A model generated the notes under the pieces. The model saw only the letters and a list, made by a program, of their open reading frames with translations. It had not been told where the DNA came from and did no database searches. A program made the translations under genes and the position numbers. A stretch of 64,000 nt of DNA from Octopus bimaculoides (Eukaryota): the NCBI RefSeq assembly GCF_001194135.2, contig NC_068989.1, positions 73,891,001-73,955,000 on the forward strand, given 5' to 3'. Numbering within the stretch: the first letter of the stretch is position 1; every line of letters starts with the position of its first letter. Below are positions 37,379 through 50,371 of the stretch, in pieces.

Positions 37379-38737
37379 AGAGAAAGAGAGAGAGAGAGGA
37401 AATGAGTGAGAAAGGAAGAGAGAGACGGTCAGACAAACAGGTTGAGTATCATTTATAAAGTAAAAAGGAAAACTGATGTTGGTATACGAGGTCGATTTAT
37501 TAGACTAACCCTACCAGGCGGTGTCTCGGCTTGGACGTACTCTAATGAAGAAAGAAAGTACAAGAGAATATTCTATTGCTTTTCATTCTCTCTTTTCTTT
37601 TCGGGTTTTTTTTGCCATTGCTTCCAAGTAATATATTACATACATATAATATACGCATATACATATCTTTCATCTAAACAGGGTGTCTTTAATCAGAGTT
37701 CTTGTATATTGACTGTTGCATTGTGCGGGGAAAAAATGTTAATTCCTGTCCAAACTTCGAAGCAACGGCAATGAAGCTATATGAAATTTCTGGGTTTTTA
37801 GTGTTTTTGAAGGAACCAAAGCCAGACGTCAATACGTCGCTGCAAGCACTTGCACTTGTAAAAGCTATCATCGTCGTTATTGTTTTAAGATTCACGTTTC
37901 AACTCTGGCATGAGTCAGACGAAATCAGATGCTCTTCATGTTGCTAAACTTCACTTGTTTCCAAACAAGAAACTATTTCTCCACTGCCTTTTGAAAGATG
38001 TACTACTCAATAGCAAGGCATCTTGTGGGGTAAATTGCAAAGGAAGGCATTATCGAACAAACAGCGCCTTCGTTTCCATTTAACGTTCTGTCCAACCCCA
38101 ACCGTTTCCCACTAGGTTCTTTTCCATTATTGCCAGATATTGCACATTCTACATTTCTTATACACTGCAGTCCTTTCCAACTTAATCTTTTTTTTTTTTG
38201 TTAGTTTTAACAGCAACTGTCATTGCAAAATTTTCAAACATGGAAACAATATTGTCCATAAAATATTTTGCTTTTTATGATGCATTTCAGCATCGCTTCG
38301 AACATCGACCACTATTCATTTGGGTCTCTTTCTATTATTACAGACACTGCACTCTCTACATATCTCATTCACTGCAGTAATGTTTTGTTTTGTTGTTGTT
38401 GGTTTGGCACTCTCTAGGAACATTAGTCGGGTAACATCCGTATCTTAAAAGAATCTTGGAAACCATACGACGAATCCATCAAGCTTTTCACTGAATTCAA
38501 TTATTGGAATATTACTCTCGTACACAATGGTAACGATTGGCTATAGGGCATGTGACACTGTTACATGATCTGTAAACTCGCTTTACCATTGTCTGAGAAT
38601 GAATCTGTTCTTCGGGCTATCTTTTGAATCATATGGAACGAACACAGAACGGAGTAAAATAGGTTTACATAATTTATCCGCTACATAAATAAGATACCTC
38701 AATTTTTAATTGAAATTGTCTATGTATTTATATATGT

Positions 38738-38739
<2 letters not shown>

Positions 38740-38801
<62 letters not shown>

Positions 38802-38806
38802 ATATG

Positions 38807-38871
<65 letters not shown>

Positions 38872-38890
38872 ACATACATACATACATACA

Positions 38891-38920
<30 letters not shown>
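38740..38920. repeat. (TCTA)n-(CATA)n compound microsatellite
   Basis: Direct reading. Confidence 0.97.
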
Positions 38921-38921
<1 letters not shown>

Positions 38922-39785
38922 CCATTTTCAATTATTCACATAGGAATAGGGTACGCTTTAGCCAAATCATTACAGGAAAGCACATACTGTTTAGTCTCCA
39001 TTAAACGCTTCGATACTGAGAAAAGTTAGCAATTTTTTCTGCTTTATGTCATGATATTTAATTTATTCCGGTAATACATTTACTGATCGTTGTTTTACAG
39101 TCATGCATAAGTACGCGCGCACACACATACACACATATACACACACACGCACTCACACAGGCAAACATAAAACATACACATAGACAAAAAAAATACAAGC
39201 ACACGCAGACACAATCATGAAGTTGTGTTTAAATATAAATGCTCAAAATATTAGCTATTCGCTATCTTTTACATTTAATTTCATGCTTTTAATTAATGTT
39301 TATAATGAATTGGAAGTCACTTGTTTTTCCAATTTAATAATTGATATTGGCGGTTTTATTCTGTGTAGGCGCTGTTTACATTGCTGTTTACCCAGACTGC
39401 ACGTCTCGATTTGTGTGGTAGGATGGGGGATGCGTGGTGGTTGGAGTTAGGATACGGCGTGTACGTCTGTGCGTGTATGCATGTGTGTTTGAGTATAAAA
39501 TATACAACAGGATTAAATTATAATGGAATAGTTATAAGCATATAAGTCTATATAGCATACATACATAAATTCGTGAATGTATATATATATATTTACGTAC
39601 ATATGTATATATATTTAAAAATAGGATAAAATCTTTATAAGAATTTATCAAGTAGTCAGCGTGAAAAACCTCATAAAGGGAAAAATAATTATTCCCTTTA
39701 AATATATTTATTTACACTAAGGGCATTAACACACATAAATGCCTCACGCTATGAGGGACTCTTAAAGTCAAAACTACCATAATAA

Positions 39786-39823
<38 letters not shown>

Positions 39824-39921
39824 GTATTTCTGAATGTACATTATAAGTATGTATATGCGTGGGTGGGTAGGTGTTTATATGTCTGTGTATGTGAGAAAGA
39901 GAGAGATAGAGAGATAACGAG

Positions 39922-40001
<80 letters not shown>

Positions 40002-40377
40002 TCTGCAGAAGCCCCTGTGTGTGCCATAGCTAAAGAGCTTCATGTGGGAGTCTGTCCTAAAATTATGAGAAAATTCATGAGTAAAGAGCAGTTTCAAAGG
40101 AAGCTCAATACAAGACTATGAGAAATTATGTAAAGAGATAATTATTGAAACACCAAAAGAATAAAGAAGGCCTTTGAAGCAGCTGAGAGCAATTGAGAGC
40201 GGGTTCAATATGCAACAGGAAATATATTACAATGGAACAATTGTTTCTAATTTCGATGGATCTTCGTCGTTTGACAACGTGGTTCCAGTTGTTCGTTCAA
40301 CAGAATCATCTGCTTCTGAATTAAATGCTTGAGTATTCCACACACGCAAATGGAAACGTAAGGTCTTTTTTCTCTCT

Positions 40378-40757
40378 TTTGGCTCTCCGTCGCTTACGAC
40401 GTCGAGGATTCCAGTTGATCCGATCAACGGAACAGCCTGCTCGTGAAATTAACGTGCAAGTGGCTGAGCACTCCACAGATACGTGTACCCTTACCGTAGT
40501 TCTCGGGGATATTCAGCGTGACACAGTGTGACAAGGCTGACCCTTTGAATTATAGGCATAGCAGAAACAGAAAGTAAGAGTGAGAGAAAGTTGTGGTGGA
40601 AGAGTACAGCAGGGTTCGCCACCATCCCCTGCCGGAGCCTCGTGGAGCTTTAGGTGTTTTCGCTCAATAAACACTCACAACGCCCGGTCTGGGAATCGAA
40701 ACCGCAATCCTATGACGGCGAGTCCGCTGCCGTAACCACTGGGCCATTGCGCCTCAA
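40378..40757 (-). mobile_element. SINE family C, full length
   Basis: Colinear with 30817-31201; no clean TSD. Confidence 0.9.
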
Positions 40758-40905
40758 CTAAACGTGCCTAAGGTAATTCTCATGGAAAATCAGTGTGACA
40801 CAGCGTGTAACAATTTTGTACCTTTTGAATTACAAACACGAGGGCGATTCAGAAATGCAAGCTTTATTTGCATTAGTTTTTGATTCAACCTCATATATAT
40901 ATATA

Positions 40906-41068
40906 TACGAGGATGAGTCAGACAGTAGTGCAAATAAATATTACACAACAGGCGCTGGTCTATTCATTTGACTAAAAATACAAGGTGGTGCCCCAGCAGG
41001 ACTGCAGTGTAATGAGTGAAGCGAGTAGAAGATGAAAAATACAATATACTTTCCGACTCACCCTCGTA
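40906..41068. mobile_element. Mariner-type miniature element (MITE-like)
   Basis: Imperfect TIRs tacgaggatgagtcag / ccgactcaccctcgta with TA at both ends. Confidence 0.55.
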
Positions 41069-41346
41069 CAATCTAACCGATGAGTTTCTTTTATACAGTT
41101 TTTATCTACGCAGTTCTACTCATAAGTAATGAGTTGACCAGAGGTTTTAGTGAACGACATTTGCCCAAGATCCCATGCTGTTGCGAAGCGAATTTCTTAA
41201 CCATTTGCTCATACTGTATATATATTATTTCGAACGGAAGTCAGCAAACGCGGAAAAAGTTTATGTAAAGATAAAGGCATCGACATCAGCGAAACATGAA
41301 TATACTTGCAGAAATTAACTGACTTATACACACACACACACACACA

Positions 41347-41625
41347 TACGTGGTCTGATCAATAAGTATAAGGACTGTTGCCATAGTAACAAAGCTGAAG
41401 CACTCAGAGTGAAGTCGCTTGGCACAGATTAACCTTGAACTCTGCTGTGCATGTGCACTAAATTTTAACTTTCTAACTGACTTTCGCTGTTTACAGAGGT
41501 GCTTGGAAAGAACGTGTTTAGTGTGTGATCGTCGCATTGATCATGACAGAGAAAGTTGAGCAGAGAATCTGCATCAAATTTTGCCAAAAGCTGGGTGATC
41601 CCTGCTCAGAGGCCTACGCAAAGTT
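41347..41625 (+). mobile_element. Mariner (Tc1/mariner) left end with the start of the transposase
   Basis: TA-started TIR-like tacgtggtctgatcaataagt; ATG at 41543 gives MTEKVEQRICIKFCQKLGDPCSEAYAK (mariner HTH N-terminus). Confidence 0.85.
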
Positions 41626-42064
41626 TTCAAGAAGTTTTTCATCGTTCTCAACATGATCAACATCTTGTGCAACTGAAACCCGAATGTCTTTTTAGTCAGT
41701 TGAAAGCAGTTTGCCACGAACTCGACAGACACGAGTCTCATACCAAAATCTTCAGTGATAATGGACTGAACTGAACCGTAATTAATCTGCACATTCTCTG
41801 ATGACTCATGGGTGGGGATTCGATGATTTCCCTTCACAGCTGCACGCACATCGGTGACGTTTTCCGCAGTCCTGCTGCTTGAGGGTCTCCTAGAACGTTC
41901 GTCAATATCGACATTTTTTCGGCCATCTTGGAAACGTCTGAACCACTCGTATACTTGTGTGCGGCTCATACACTCCTGTCCATACACTTTCTGTAACTTT
42001 GCGCAGACCTCTGAGCAGGTATCACCATGACAACTTTCTTTGTCATGGTCAATGCGACGATCAC
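41626..42064 (-). mobile_element. Second mariner fragment, inverted, encoding the transposase DNA-binding region
   Basis: GDTCSEVCAKLQKVYGQECMSRTQVYEWFRRFQDGRKNVDIDERSRRPSSS...SIITEDFGMR; no DD34D catalytic domain present. Confidence 0.9.
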
Positions 42065-42150
42065 AGAGAAAGTGGAAAGAGAGAGGAAGCGAGAACGAGA
42101 GAAAGGGTGAGAGAGAGAGAGAGAAGGCGTGAAAGAAAGGGAAAGAGCGA

Positions 42151-42187
<37 letters not shown>

Positions 42188-42559
42188 CGCGCGCGCGCGT
42201 TTCGTTCTGTGTTTTCGTCTTTGTTCGTTGAAGTATTAATGAAGAGATGTGAAGATAACGCCAAAACAAATAAATGCCTATTAAGCAATGTACGACTAAT
42301 TGCTATGTATGTGGCGCAGCACAAATAAAGAACGATTATTATATGACACCATAGCTTCGAATTGACTGCCACGACCATTGTGAATGTATTGGGTAGAATA
42401 AAAGATCGTTGAAACCCGTCGGCCGAGCTGGTTATACATGTAATTAAAAGGTCTAATCTTGTCACATAACTTGTCACTCTGTTTCTACTCGAGAATTACG
42501 CAACGAGTTACTCGTACCTGCGGAAATCTAAGTCACTTACGCTTACATTTAATGATTTG

Positions 42560-42712
42560 GTATGAAGAAGGAGCGTGGCCTACTGGTTAGAGCGTCCCGG
42601 ATCGATGTGATAAGGCAGTAAGTTCAATTCTTGAACCGGGCAGTACATCGTGTCCTTTAAAAGCACACATACCACGTTGTTTCAGTCTACTCAGGCATAA
42701 ACGAGTACCTAT
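42560..42712 (+). mobile_element. Old tRNA-derived SINE with CORE-like domain
   Basis: A-box tggcctactggttag, B-box agttcaattc, gtgtcc...cacgttgtttcagtctactcagg..taaacgagtacc. A second CORE-like fragment lies at ~43045-43110. Confidence 0.55.
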
Positions 42713-44922
42713 CGAGTGCTGTTGCAGCTCTCACTCTCTCTCACTCACTCTCTCTCTCTCTCTCATTCACTCACTCTCTCTCTCTCACTCACTCTCTCTC
42801 TCCCACCCTCCCTCTATTACATCCTTAAAGTGCCGATGGCTCAAGGATGAAATGACCGAGTGTGTGTCGATGTCTCCGCGCTATTGCATTGGCACCGAAA
42901 ATAATTAGCAAAGGCATGGTGCATATTATGAGGCCATATTCGCTCGTGAGTGACAGCTAGCTGTACGGCAGTTCTCTATTCTTGTCTGTGGAATTTTCAG
43001 CATATATAACGAAAAGCTGTGAAAGTGTATCGTTAGGGATGTGTATTATGTCTTTGAGCAAGAGACTTTGTTCCACATTGCTCTAGTCTACGCATCTGTA
43101 AAGTAATACTTTCCGGGCGCTGGTACAGCTCTCCCTTCTACCAACAGTTACATCGGAGATTTGCTGCTGAGTCAAGTGTTAAGTGGCTGAGAGAAATCTG
43201 TGTCTGCTTGTAGCTATATATGTACCTAAAACTACTGGCGAAACCGCGAAAGAATGGTTACATGTTATCAAGTAATACTCGTACACGAGTGACAGCGGGC
43301 TGTACATTGTTTTTAACGAAGTAATTCATTTGGTCGGTCAAATAAATCATCATTGAAATTTATGAATAACCCACCGCGTCTAGGAATCCAATGTCGAAGT
43401 TGTCTTTCCTCTACGAAGAGTGTAGAGTATGATTTTGGAGACATATGGCTGCAGTTTATAATATATAAACTAACTCTATAGTGACTCTTTCATTCAGAAT
43501 AATGCTACAATATCACACGGTTTCAGATTACGACACACACTGATAAGGATTTGCCCAAATACAGCCAGGGCGGGAGTTTCTATGTGTTCGCTTGACCTGC
43601 AGATATGTAGGAAATTTGAAAGAAGAGGGTAACGTCATTTATTCATGGAGAATGCATGAATAAACAACAAAAGAAAATTAAGCGTTCTCTCTCCAGTCAC
43701 ACGAAAATAATTCATTTCTTCAATCAACAAATTGCAAACTCGTTGAATTAACGTGTAAATGACCGAATATTCCACAGACGTAAGTGCACTTTATTATCAT
43801 GCGTTGTCAGCACGATAAGATATGTGTCAAGTTTGGACGTTTAAATTGTAATTCATCCGACTAGCTTTCACACAATTACTCTCCTCTATTTTCCTTCGTT
43901 AAGGCTTGAGCCTATCCGAGGCTAAGACGTTTGCTCGCAGAGAATATATCAATGAACGGCGATAAAATTAAGCATTCTCCGTTGGGTTTGATAAGCATTT
44001 AGCTGCTTGCTCCTCCCTCTGTCTTCTATCACAACTAAAATAGCCTCTGTTCCTCGAAGCTGGCTGGTTTCGTACCTTTCCCTCTCGGGCACCCCTTATC
44101 CAGTCGTCTTTCCCGACGACTGCACTAACTACTGTATCCAGTTATTTTTTCTTAAAGCATAAACCTTCTGGAATTTTTCCATGTTTATATATTTCCTCCA
44201 GATGTGGACTTGCAACAGTGGAAATAGAACATGAATGGTATCAAGCTCACTGATGTCGGAGGACCTGAAATGACCGTGGGCAATGCCTCTTGTCTCCAGG
44301 CTCAACAATTAAAAAATCAAAACAAAACAAAAACAAACAAAAAAATCAACAAAATAATACTAAAGTACCTGCTCGTCAAACTATCGTGCATTTGACTGAG
44401 TATATACAAACAGCGGAATCGGCGTGATAACAATATTCGACAACGCTGGTTATTTGAATTACAGGTGCAGTCTATCCAACGGGCTTCCATGCAGTTTCCC
44501 TTCACTCAGTTTTACTAACAAAGCTTGAGCAATTTCGAAGCTAAAACTTTTGGAAAAAGACAGATGCCCTAGATACCACATGATGGGATCGAACCCAAGA
44601 CGTCATGGTTTCACAACAACGTTCTTAACCATTCGGTCATGGCTGCGTTTTGATAGAAAGGAAGATAACAGGCGGATAGCAGCGGGAATAGTGAAGAGAA
44701 AGAAAAGGAACTAAAAGGAATAAGAAGGCAGGAAGAAAAAGCATTTATAAATCAGGCAAATGCTTATGATGAATGGATATTTTAAAGATATCATGTCAAT
44801 TAACTCCGACAGTTCACATGCAATAAGGACAAACTTACTCAGTCTGATCTGCACTGCACTGAATGCTGCTTCCTCTCTTTCTCTCCTTCTTACTCTCACG
44901 TTCTGTCTCCCTTCCTCTCGCC

Positions 44923-44955
<33 letters not shown>

Positions 44956-44973
44956 TACACACACACACACACA

Positions 44974-45320
44974 GTTGATCCGATCAACGGAGCAGCCTGC
45001 TCGTGAAATTAACGGGAAAGTGGCTGAGCACTCCACAGACACGTGTACCCTTAACGTAGTTCTCGGGGATATTCAGCCGTGACACAGTGTGACAAGGCTG
45101 ACCCTTTTGAATTACAGGCACAACAGAAACAGGAAGTAAGAGTGAGAGAAAGTTGTGGTGGAATAGTACAGCAGGGTTCGCCACCATCCCCTGCCGGAGC
45201 CTCTTGGAGCTTTAGGTGTTTTTCGCTCAATAAACACTCACAACGCCCGGTCTGGGAGTCGAAACCGCGATCCTATGACCGCGAGTCTGCTGCTCTAACC
45301 ACTGGGCCATTGCGTCTCCA
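44974..45320 (-). mobile_element. SINE family C lacking its last ~40 nt, abutting (CA)n
   Basis: Colinear with the other copies from head to gatcggatcaact. Confidence 0.9.
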
Positions 45321-46730
45321 CATATCAGACGTAGGGACAACCCATAAGTGAATAAGTTTTAAATATCACTTTTTTTCTCTGCATAAGAATTTACCCAGAC
45401 GCACGAGTTTCACTATGCCTGTGGGCACATGCTTGTCTCTCCGTGTGCGGCTAGGTATGTGCTCGAGTGCGCATGCCAGTTTTTAATCGTGTACACCGGT
45501 GCAAAATAATGTAAACACATTAGGATAATGCATATTGTAAAATGAAAGTAACTCCACCCAGAGATCGACTGACTGATGATAGTCATTCGATAAATACTCG
45601 TAAGGTCGATAAACTGAGTTTCAACATATTACGTAATGGGATCAATATAATGAACTAAAACTCATTAAGCCACACCTCAGCCGGGTCGTAATACAATACT
45701 GAAACTAATAAGAGTTATGTGTATATCAATAAATCTATATGTAAACACACACATGCACACGCACACACACACACATGCACACATACACACATACACACGC
45801 GCGCGCGCATACACATACACGCTCATGCACACATATATGTATGGAGTAATACGAGGTGCTGAGTCAGCTTGTTACTCAATAAATACAACTCCAACTACAT
45901 GTTGAGTGCAAATTCTGTTCGTTTGTTCACTCAGTTATGTACACACGCACGTTCACACACACACATACACACACACACATACACACACACTTGCACACAC
46001 ACACACACACACACACTCACACAAGTATAAATGTATATGTATGCGTGTGTTGTGCGCTTATGTATATATCTATATATGAATATATATATATATATGTATG
46101 TATATATATATATATATATATATATNNNNNNNNNNNNNNNNNNNNNNNNNNNNNNNNNNNNNNNNNNNNNNNNNNNNNNNNNNNNNNNNNNNNNNNNNNN
46201 NNNNNNNNNNNNNNNNNNNNNNNNNNNNNNNNNNNNNNNNNNNNNNNNNNNNNNNNNNNNNNNNNNNNNNNNNNNNNNNNNNNNNNNNNNNNNNNNNNNN
46301 NNNNNNNNNNNNNNNNNNNNNNNNNNNNNNNNNNNNNNNNNNNNNNNNNNNNNNNNNNNNNNNNNNNNNNNNNNNNNNNNNNNNNNNNNNNNNNNNNNNN
46401 NNNNNNNNNNNNNNNNNNNNNNNNNNNNNNNNNNNNNNNNNNNNNNNNNNNNNNNNNNNNNNNNNNNNNNNNNNNNNNNNNNNNNNNNNNNNNNNNNNNN
46501 NNNNNNNNNNNNNNNNNNNNNNNNNNNNNNNNNNNNNNNNNNNNNNNNNNNNNNNNNNNNNNNNNNNNNNNNNNNNNNNNNNNNNNNNNNNNNNNNNNNN
46601 NNNNNNNNNNNNNNNNNNNNNNNNNNNNNNNNNNNNNNNNNNNNNNNNNNNNNNNNNNNNNNNNNNNNNNNNNNNNNNNNNNNNNNNNNNNNNNNNNNNN
46701 NNNNNNNNNNNNNNNNNNNNNNNNNNNNNN

Positions 46731-46765
<35 letters not shown>

Positions 46766-47047
46766 TATATATATGATATTATACATATATATGTATATAT
46801 AGAGAGAGGGAATCTGAAATAAAAATCAGAAATAAGGTAAACGTACGAGCCTGTGTTTTTGTAACGATGCAAGGGGTGGAAAATTGTTTGCGTAACGCAA
46901 ACTATGCATCTTCTGTAACTCTCACACACTTGCTACTTTACTTTTCTGTGCTCTGGATTTCATAGTTGAAATCGCTTTCAGACACATCGTTAATAAAGAT
47001 TTATCTGCATACTTCTTGATGTTTCTACAATTGTATTCAACATACTT

Positions 47048-47108
47048 AAGGTGGTGCTCCAGCATGGCCACAGTCAAATGACTGAGGCAAGTAAAAGAAT
47101 AAAAGAAT
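47048..47108 (+). mobile_element. Isolated family B / CR1-type tail (severely 5'-truncated insertion)
   Basis: aaggtggtgctccagcatggccacagtcaaatgactgaggcaagtaaaagaataaaaga. Confidence 0.75.
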
Positions 47109-47559
47109 ACTTCAATCCCATCGAATTGATTCAGCCCTTCTTACCACTTCATCATCGATCTCTTTATTAAATAAAAGTAATAAATATGTGAATGAATATA
47201 AATGAATGGTCGACGCTGGGATACTTTCGACCAAGTCCTTGTTCACCTGGAGTTAAACACAAAAATAACAACAGTAGTAATAAACGTAACAACGGTATCA
47301 AGAACAGAAAGAATGATAATGCCTCCAATATCACACAGTGCCCAACAGATTCAGTGGGAATACATCATAGATGTTTATCCGCGTATAGAAAATTATTAGA
47401 ATATAGGAATAAAGGAATAAATTGTAGAGGATTTGAAGCATGAACTAACATCCACTTGAGGCACGAAAATATCTGAATTTTCGCAAGAGGTTTACTACTC
47501 CAAGTTACATTATTCTGCATCACAGAGAAATAATACAACAGAGTATTTCACACGACTGA

Positions 47560-47760
47560 ACTCAACATATGCTTGTCAGTATAGTTCAAATTTACAGAAA
47601 ACAAAAGACGAAGACAGGGGTAGGAACAACAAGCATGTGTATTAGTTTGACGTTTGGGAAGAATGGAAAAGTATTTTATGTTTCGTGCTTACGCTCTTAG
47701 ACAGAAAGGATTAAGAGGAAAAAAAGGAGAGAGAATGAAAAAATACAAGAAAATATTACA
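47560..47760 (-). mobile_element. Probable Penelope-type terminal (pseudo-LTR) repeat remnant
   Basis: ctttctgtctaagagcgtaagcacgaaac resembles the cgaaac-containing termini of Penelope-like elements; assignment is from recall only. Confidence 0.35.
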
Positions 47761-48866
47761 GAAAAATGTGTAGGGAAAAATGTGTTGTCGTTATCGTCGT
47801 CGTCATCGTCGTCGTCATTGACCTCCTCTTCTTCCTCCTCCTCCTCATCATCATCCTCATCACCGACACTACCACCACCGTCATCGCCATTATTACCACC
47901 GACGCGGTCTGACGAGACAGCAGACTGAGTTGAGTTCCAATGTTTGCTTTAGCATAGTTTCTGAGACTGCAGGTCCTTCCTCATGCCAACCATTTTACAG
48001 AATGTAGTGAGCGCCCTTTTTTTCGCAACACCGATAGTAGTGACGTCAGAAAGTAAATCGAAAGATTAGATCCCTTAATTGAAAGGTGGTGAAGTATTGA
48101 GTGAGTCTGACTTAATTCTAGGTGTTGAGATGGTAAAATACGATTGAAGGACATGAACGGGTGTCTTCTTGCAGAGGAGATACGAAGCTACTCAAGCTGG
48201 AAACAGAGTAAAACGATGGGGTGATGACGTTTCGGGATGCACACACAAGGTACAAGAGTGAACGAACACAAACTATCGGTAAATGTGGGTGTATATGTAT
48301 GTTCGTTTGAGTGTGAAAGGAGAGTGAAAGATGGTAAGAGATGAATGCAGCGTTTTGTGAGCAGGAGTGGAGGTGTAGTCAATGGTCATAATTACTTGGG
48401 GAAGAATGTGGAGGAAATAGGAGTTAGTTACGGAGGAAGGGGAGATGATAAATGGTAGTACAAACGAAAGGAGAGGAAGAGCAACAGCATAATAACGCAG
48501 ACGAAAGATGTGAAATAAGGAGAACGATGTGAAATGTGAGAGTGAGAGAAGGATGCACAGTGACAGAGGCTGAAGTCAGACCAACGTAGGTGAGGAGGAA
48601 ATAGCGAGTGATGAACAAAGGTGGTGTGGCTCTCAAAGGCACATGTGAGAGTGTTCAGGAGAGAATGGAGTGTTTATGTTAATTTATGTGATATAAGCTA
48701 GGATTACATGTCTCGAAACGCAGTTTCATCCAGCCTGTTTTTCAAATGAATTTACACAGCAGCAGATAGAAAAATAATTATTTCCACTACCTCTGCCGTG
48801 CTCGATCGAGTAAAGGACCTAACGGAAATAGCCTTCGCATTTATCGTCAAAGTTAACTTACATAAA

Positions 48867-48919
<53 letters not shown>

Positions 48920-49261
48920 AATAAGAAGACACTAGTGCAAGAACAGAATAGATAAGCACCGAATTAGTACTAGGGCTGATGAAATTCTTAAATTCCAACT
49001 TCTAAGTCAGTGTTAATAACTTCAGTAGCACAAAAGAGTCGGTTATAAGAAATAAAAGCTGGAATGAATATTAAGAAAGGAAAATAGACAAACAATTATG
49101 GACGGCAGGAATTCATTTGTGTGAGACATTCCGATGCATATTACAGGATGGAATTAAAATAAAGCTTTGAAGCTGGTTTAAACAAAATCGGCAAATAGCT
49201 GATATAACAATGCACATAGTACAAACAGGTGTACATAATGAAATGATATTACAAAAAGATA

Positions 49262-49720
49262 TGGTGGCGAGCTGGAAAAGTCGTTAGCATGCCTCGCAAG
49301 ATGCTTAGCGGCATTTCGTCCGTCTTAACGGAATTTCGTCCGTTCTGATTTTAAATTCCACCGGAGGTTGATTTTGCCTTTCATTGTTTCGGGGTCGATA
49401 AAATTAATACCAGTTGAGCATTGGAGTCGATGTAATCACCTTGGCCCCCTCCTTCAAAACTACTGGCCTCGTGCCAAAATTTGAAACCAATATTTCAAAA
49501 AGATACAAGGTGGCGAGCTAGAAGAATCGATAGCACGCTGGGCAAAATGCTTAGCGGCATTTCGTCCGTCTTTACGTTCTGAGTTCAAATTCCGCCGAGA
49601 TTCACTTTGCCTTTCATCCTTTCGGGGTCGATAAAATAAATACCAGTTGAGTACTGGAGTCGGTATAATCGACTTATCTCCTCTCCGAAATTGGTGCTCT
49701 TGTACCAAAATGTTAAATCA
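49262..49720 (+). mobile_element. Two full SINE family A copies in tandem (49262-49489, 49509-49720)
   Basis: Each has head, B-box gttcaaattcc/ttttaaattcc, central domain and gaaaccaatat-type tail. A 16-bp flank occurs three times. Confidence 0.9.
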
Positions 49721-50371
49721 ATATTACAGAAAGATATACAGAAACGCACCCATTCGTCTATTTAAAACCTATGTTTTTTTTTTTTTGCAGCTCGTAATTG
49801 ATGTCTGTCGTTGCCCATGACAAATATAAAGTACAAACACTGAGTTCATACCCACATGCACAAAGTTTCTTGGATATGTAAAAAGAAACCTACATGCACA
49901 CATATTCACATCTTGTTCAAATAAAGTAATAAATCAAATATTTATTAGGGTCCGTTTATTAATAAGGTGATATGAAATGAATACAGAATGGCTTAAGCTG
50001 GATATCGAAACCTTGCAGAAGACATGACCTAAGAAAGCTTATTTTATACTTCAACAATGCAGTGTTCGATACTCTATGTTTCACATAATATATTTCAACA
50101 TTATAGGTCTTGTTGGTAGCAGACAACATGAAGTTTATTGAATTTACAAAATGGGCATTCCATATATAAATATGCATTCATATATACAATCAGACGGACA
50201 TTCATCTATATACTTATACATATACGTGCGTATACATGCATAAAAATGTGCACACATACGTATGTATATGAGTTCTGATGAAAAAGTATCGGGGCTGGTG
50301 CTATAAAAAGAAAATTACATCATATATCAATACGGTGTTTCATCTCCTTCGAAGTAGTCCCCTTCTGAAGC

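Noticed and set aside
37690-38420. Possible pogo/Tigger transposase relic (LFDNA on the minus strand) after a mariner-like tacgagg end at ~37485
   Set aside because: A single short motif with no colinear frame; too weak to call.
48170-48670. Purine-rich tract suspected to be Penelope coding sequence
   Set aside because: No GIY-YIG or RT motifs recovered in translation.
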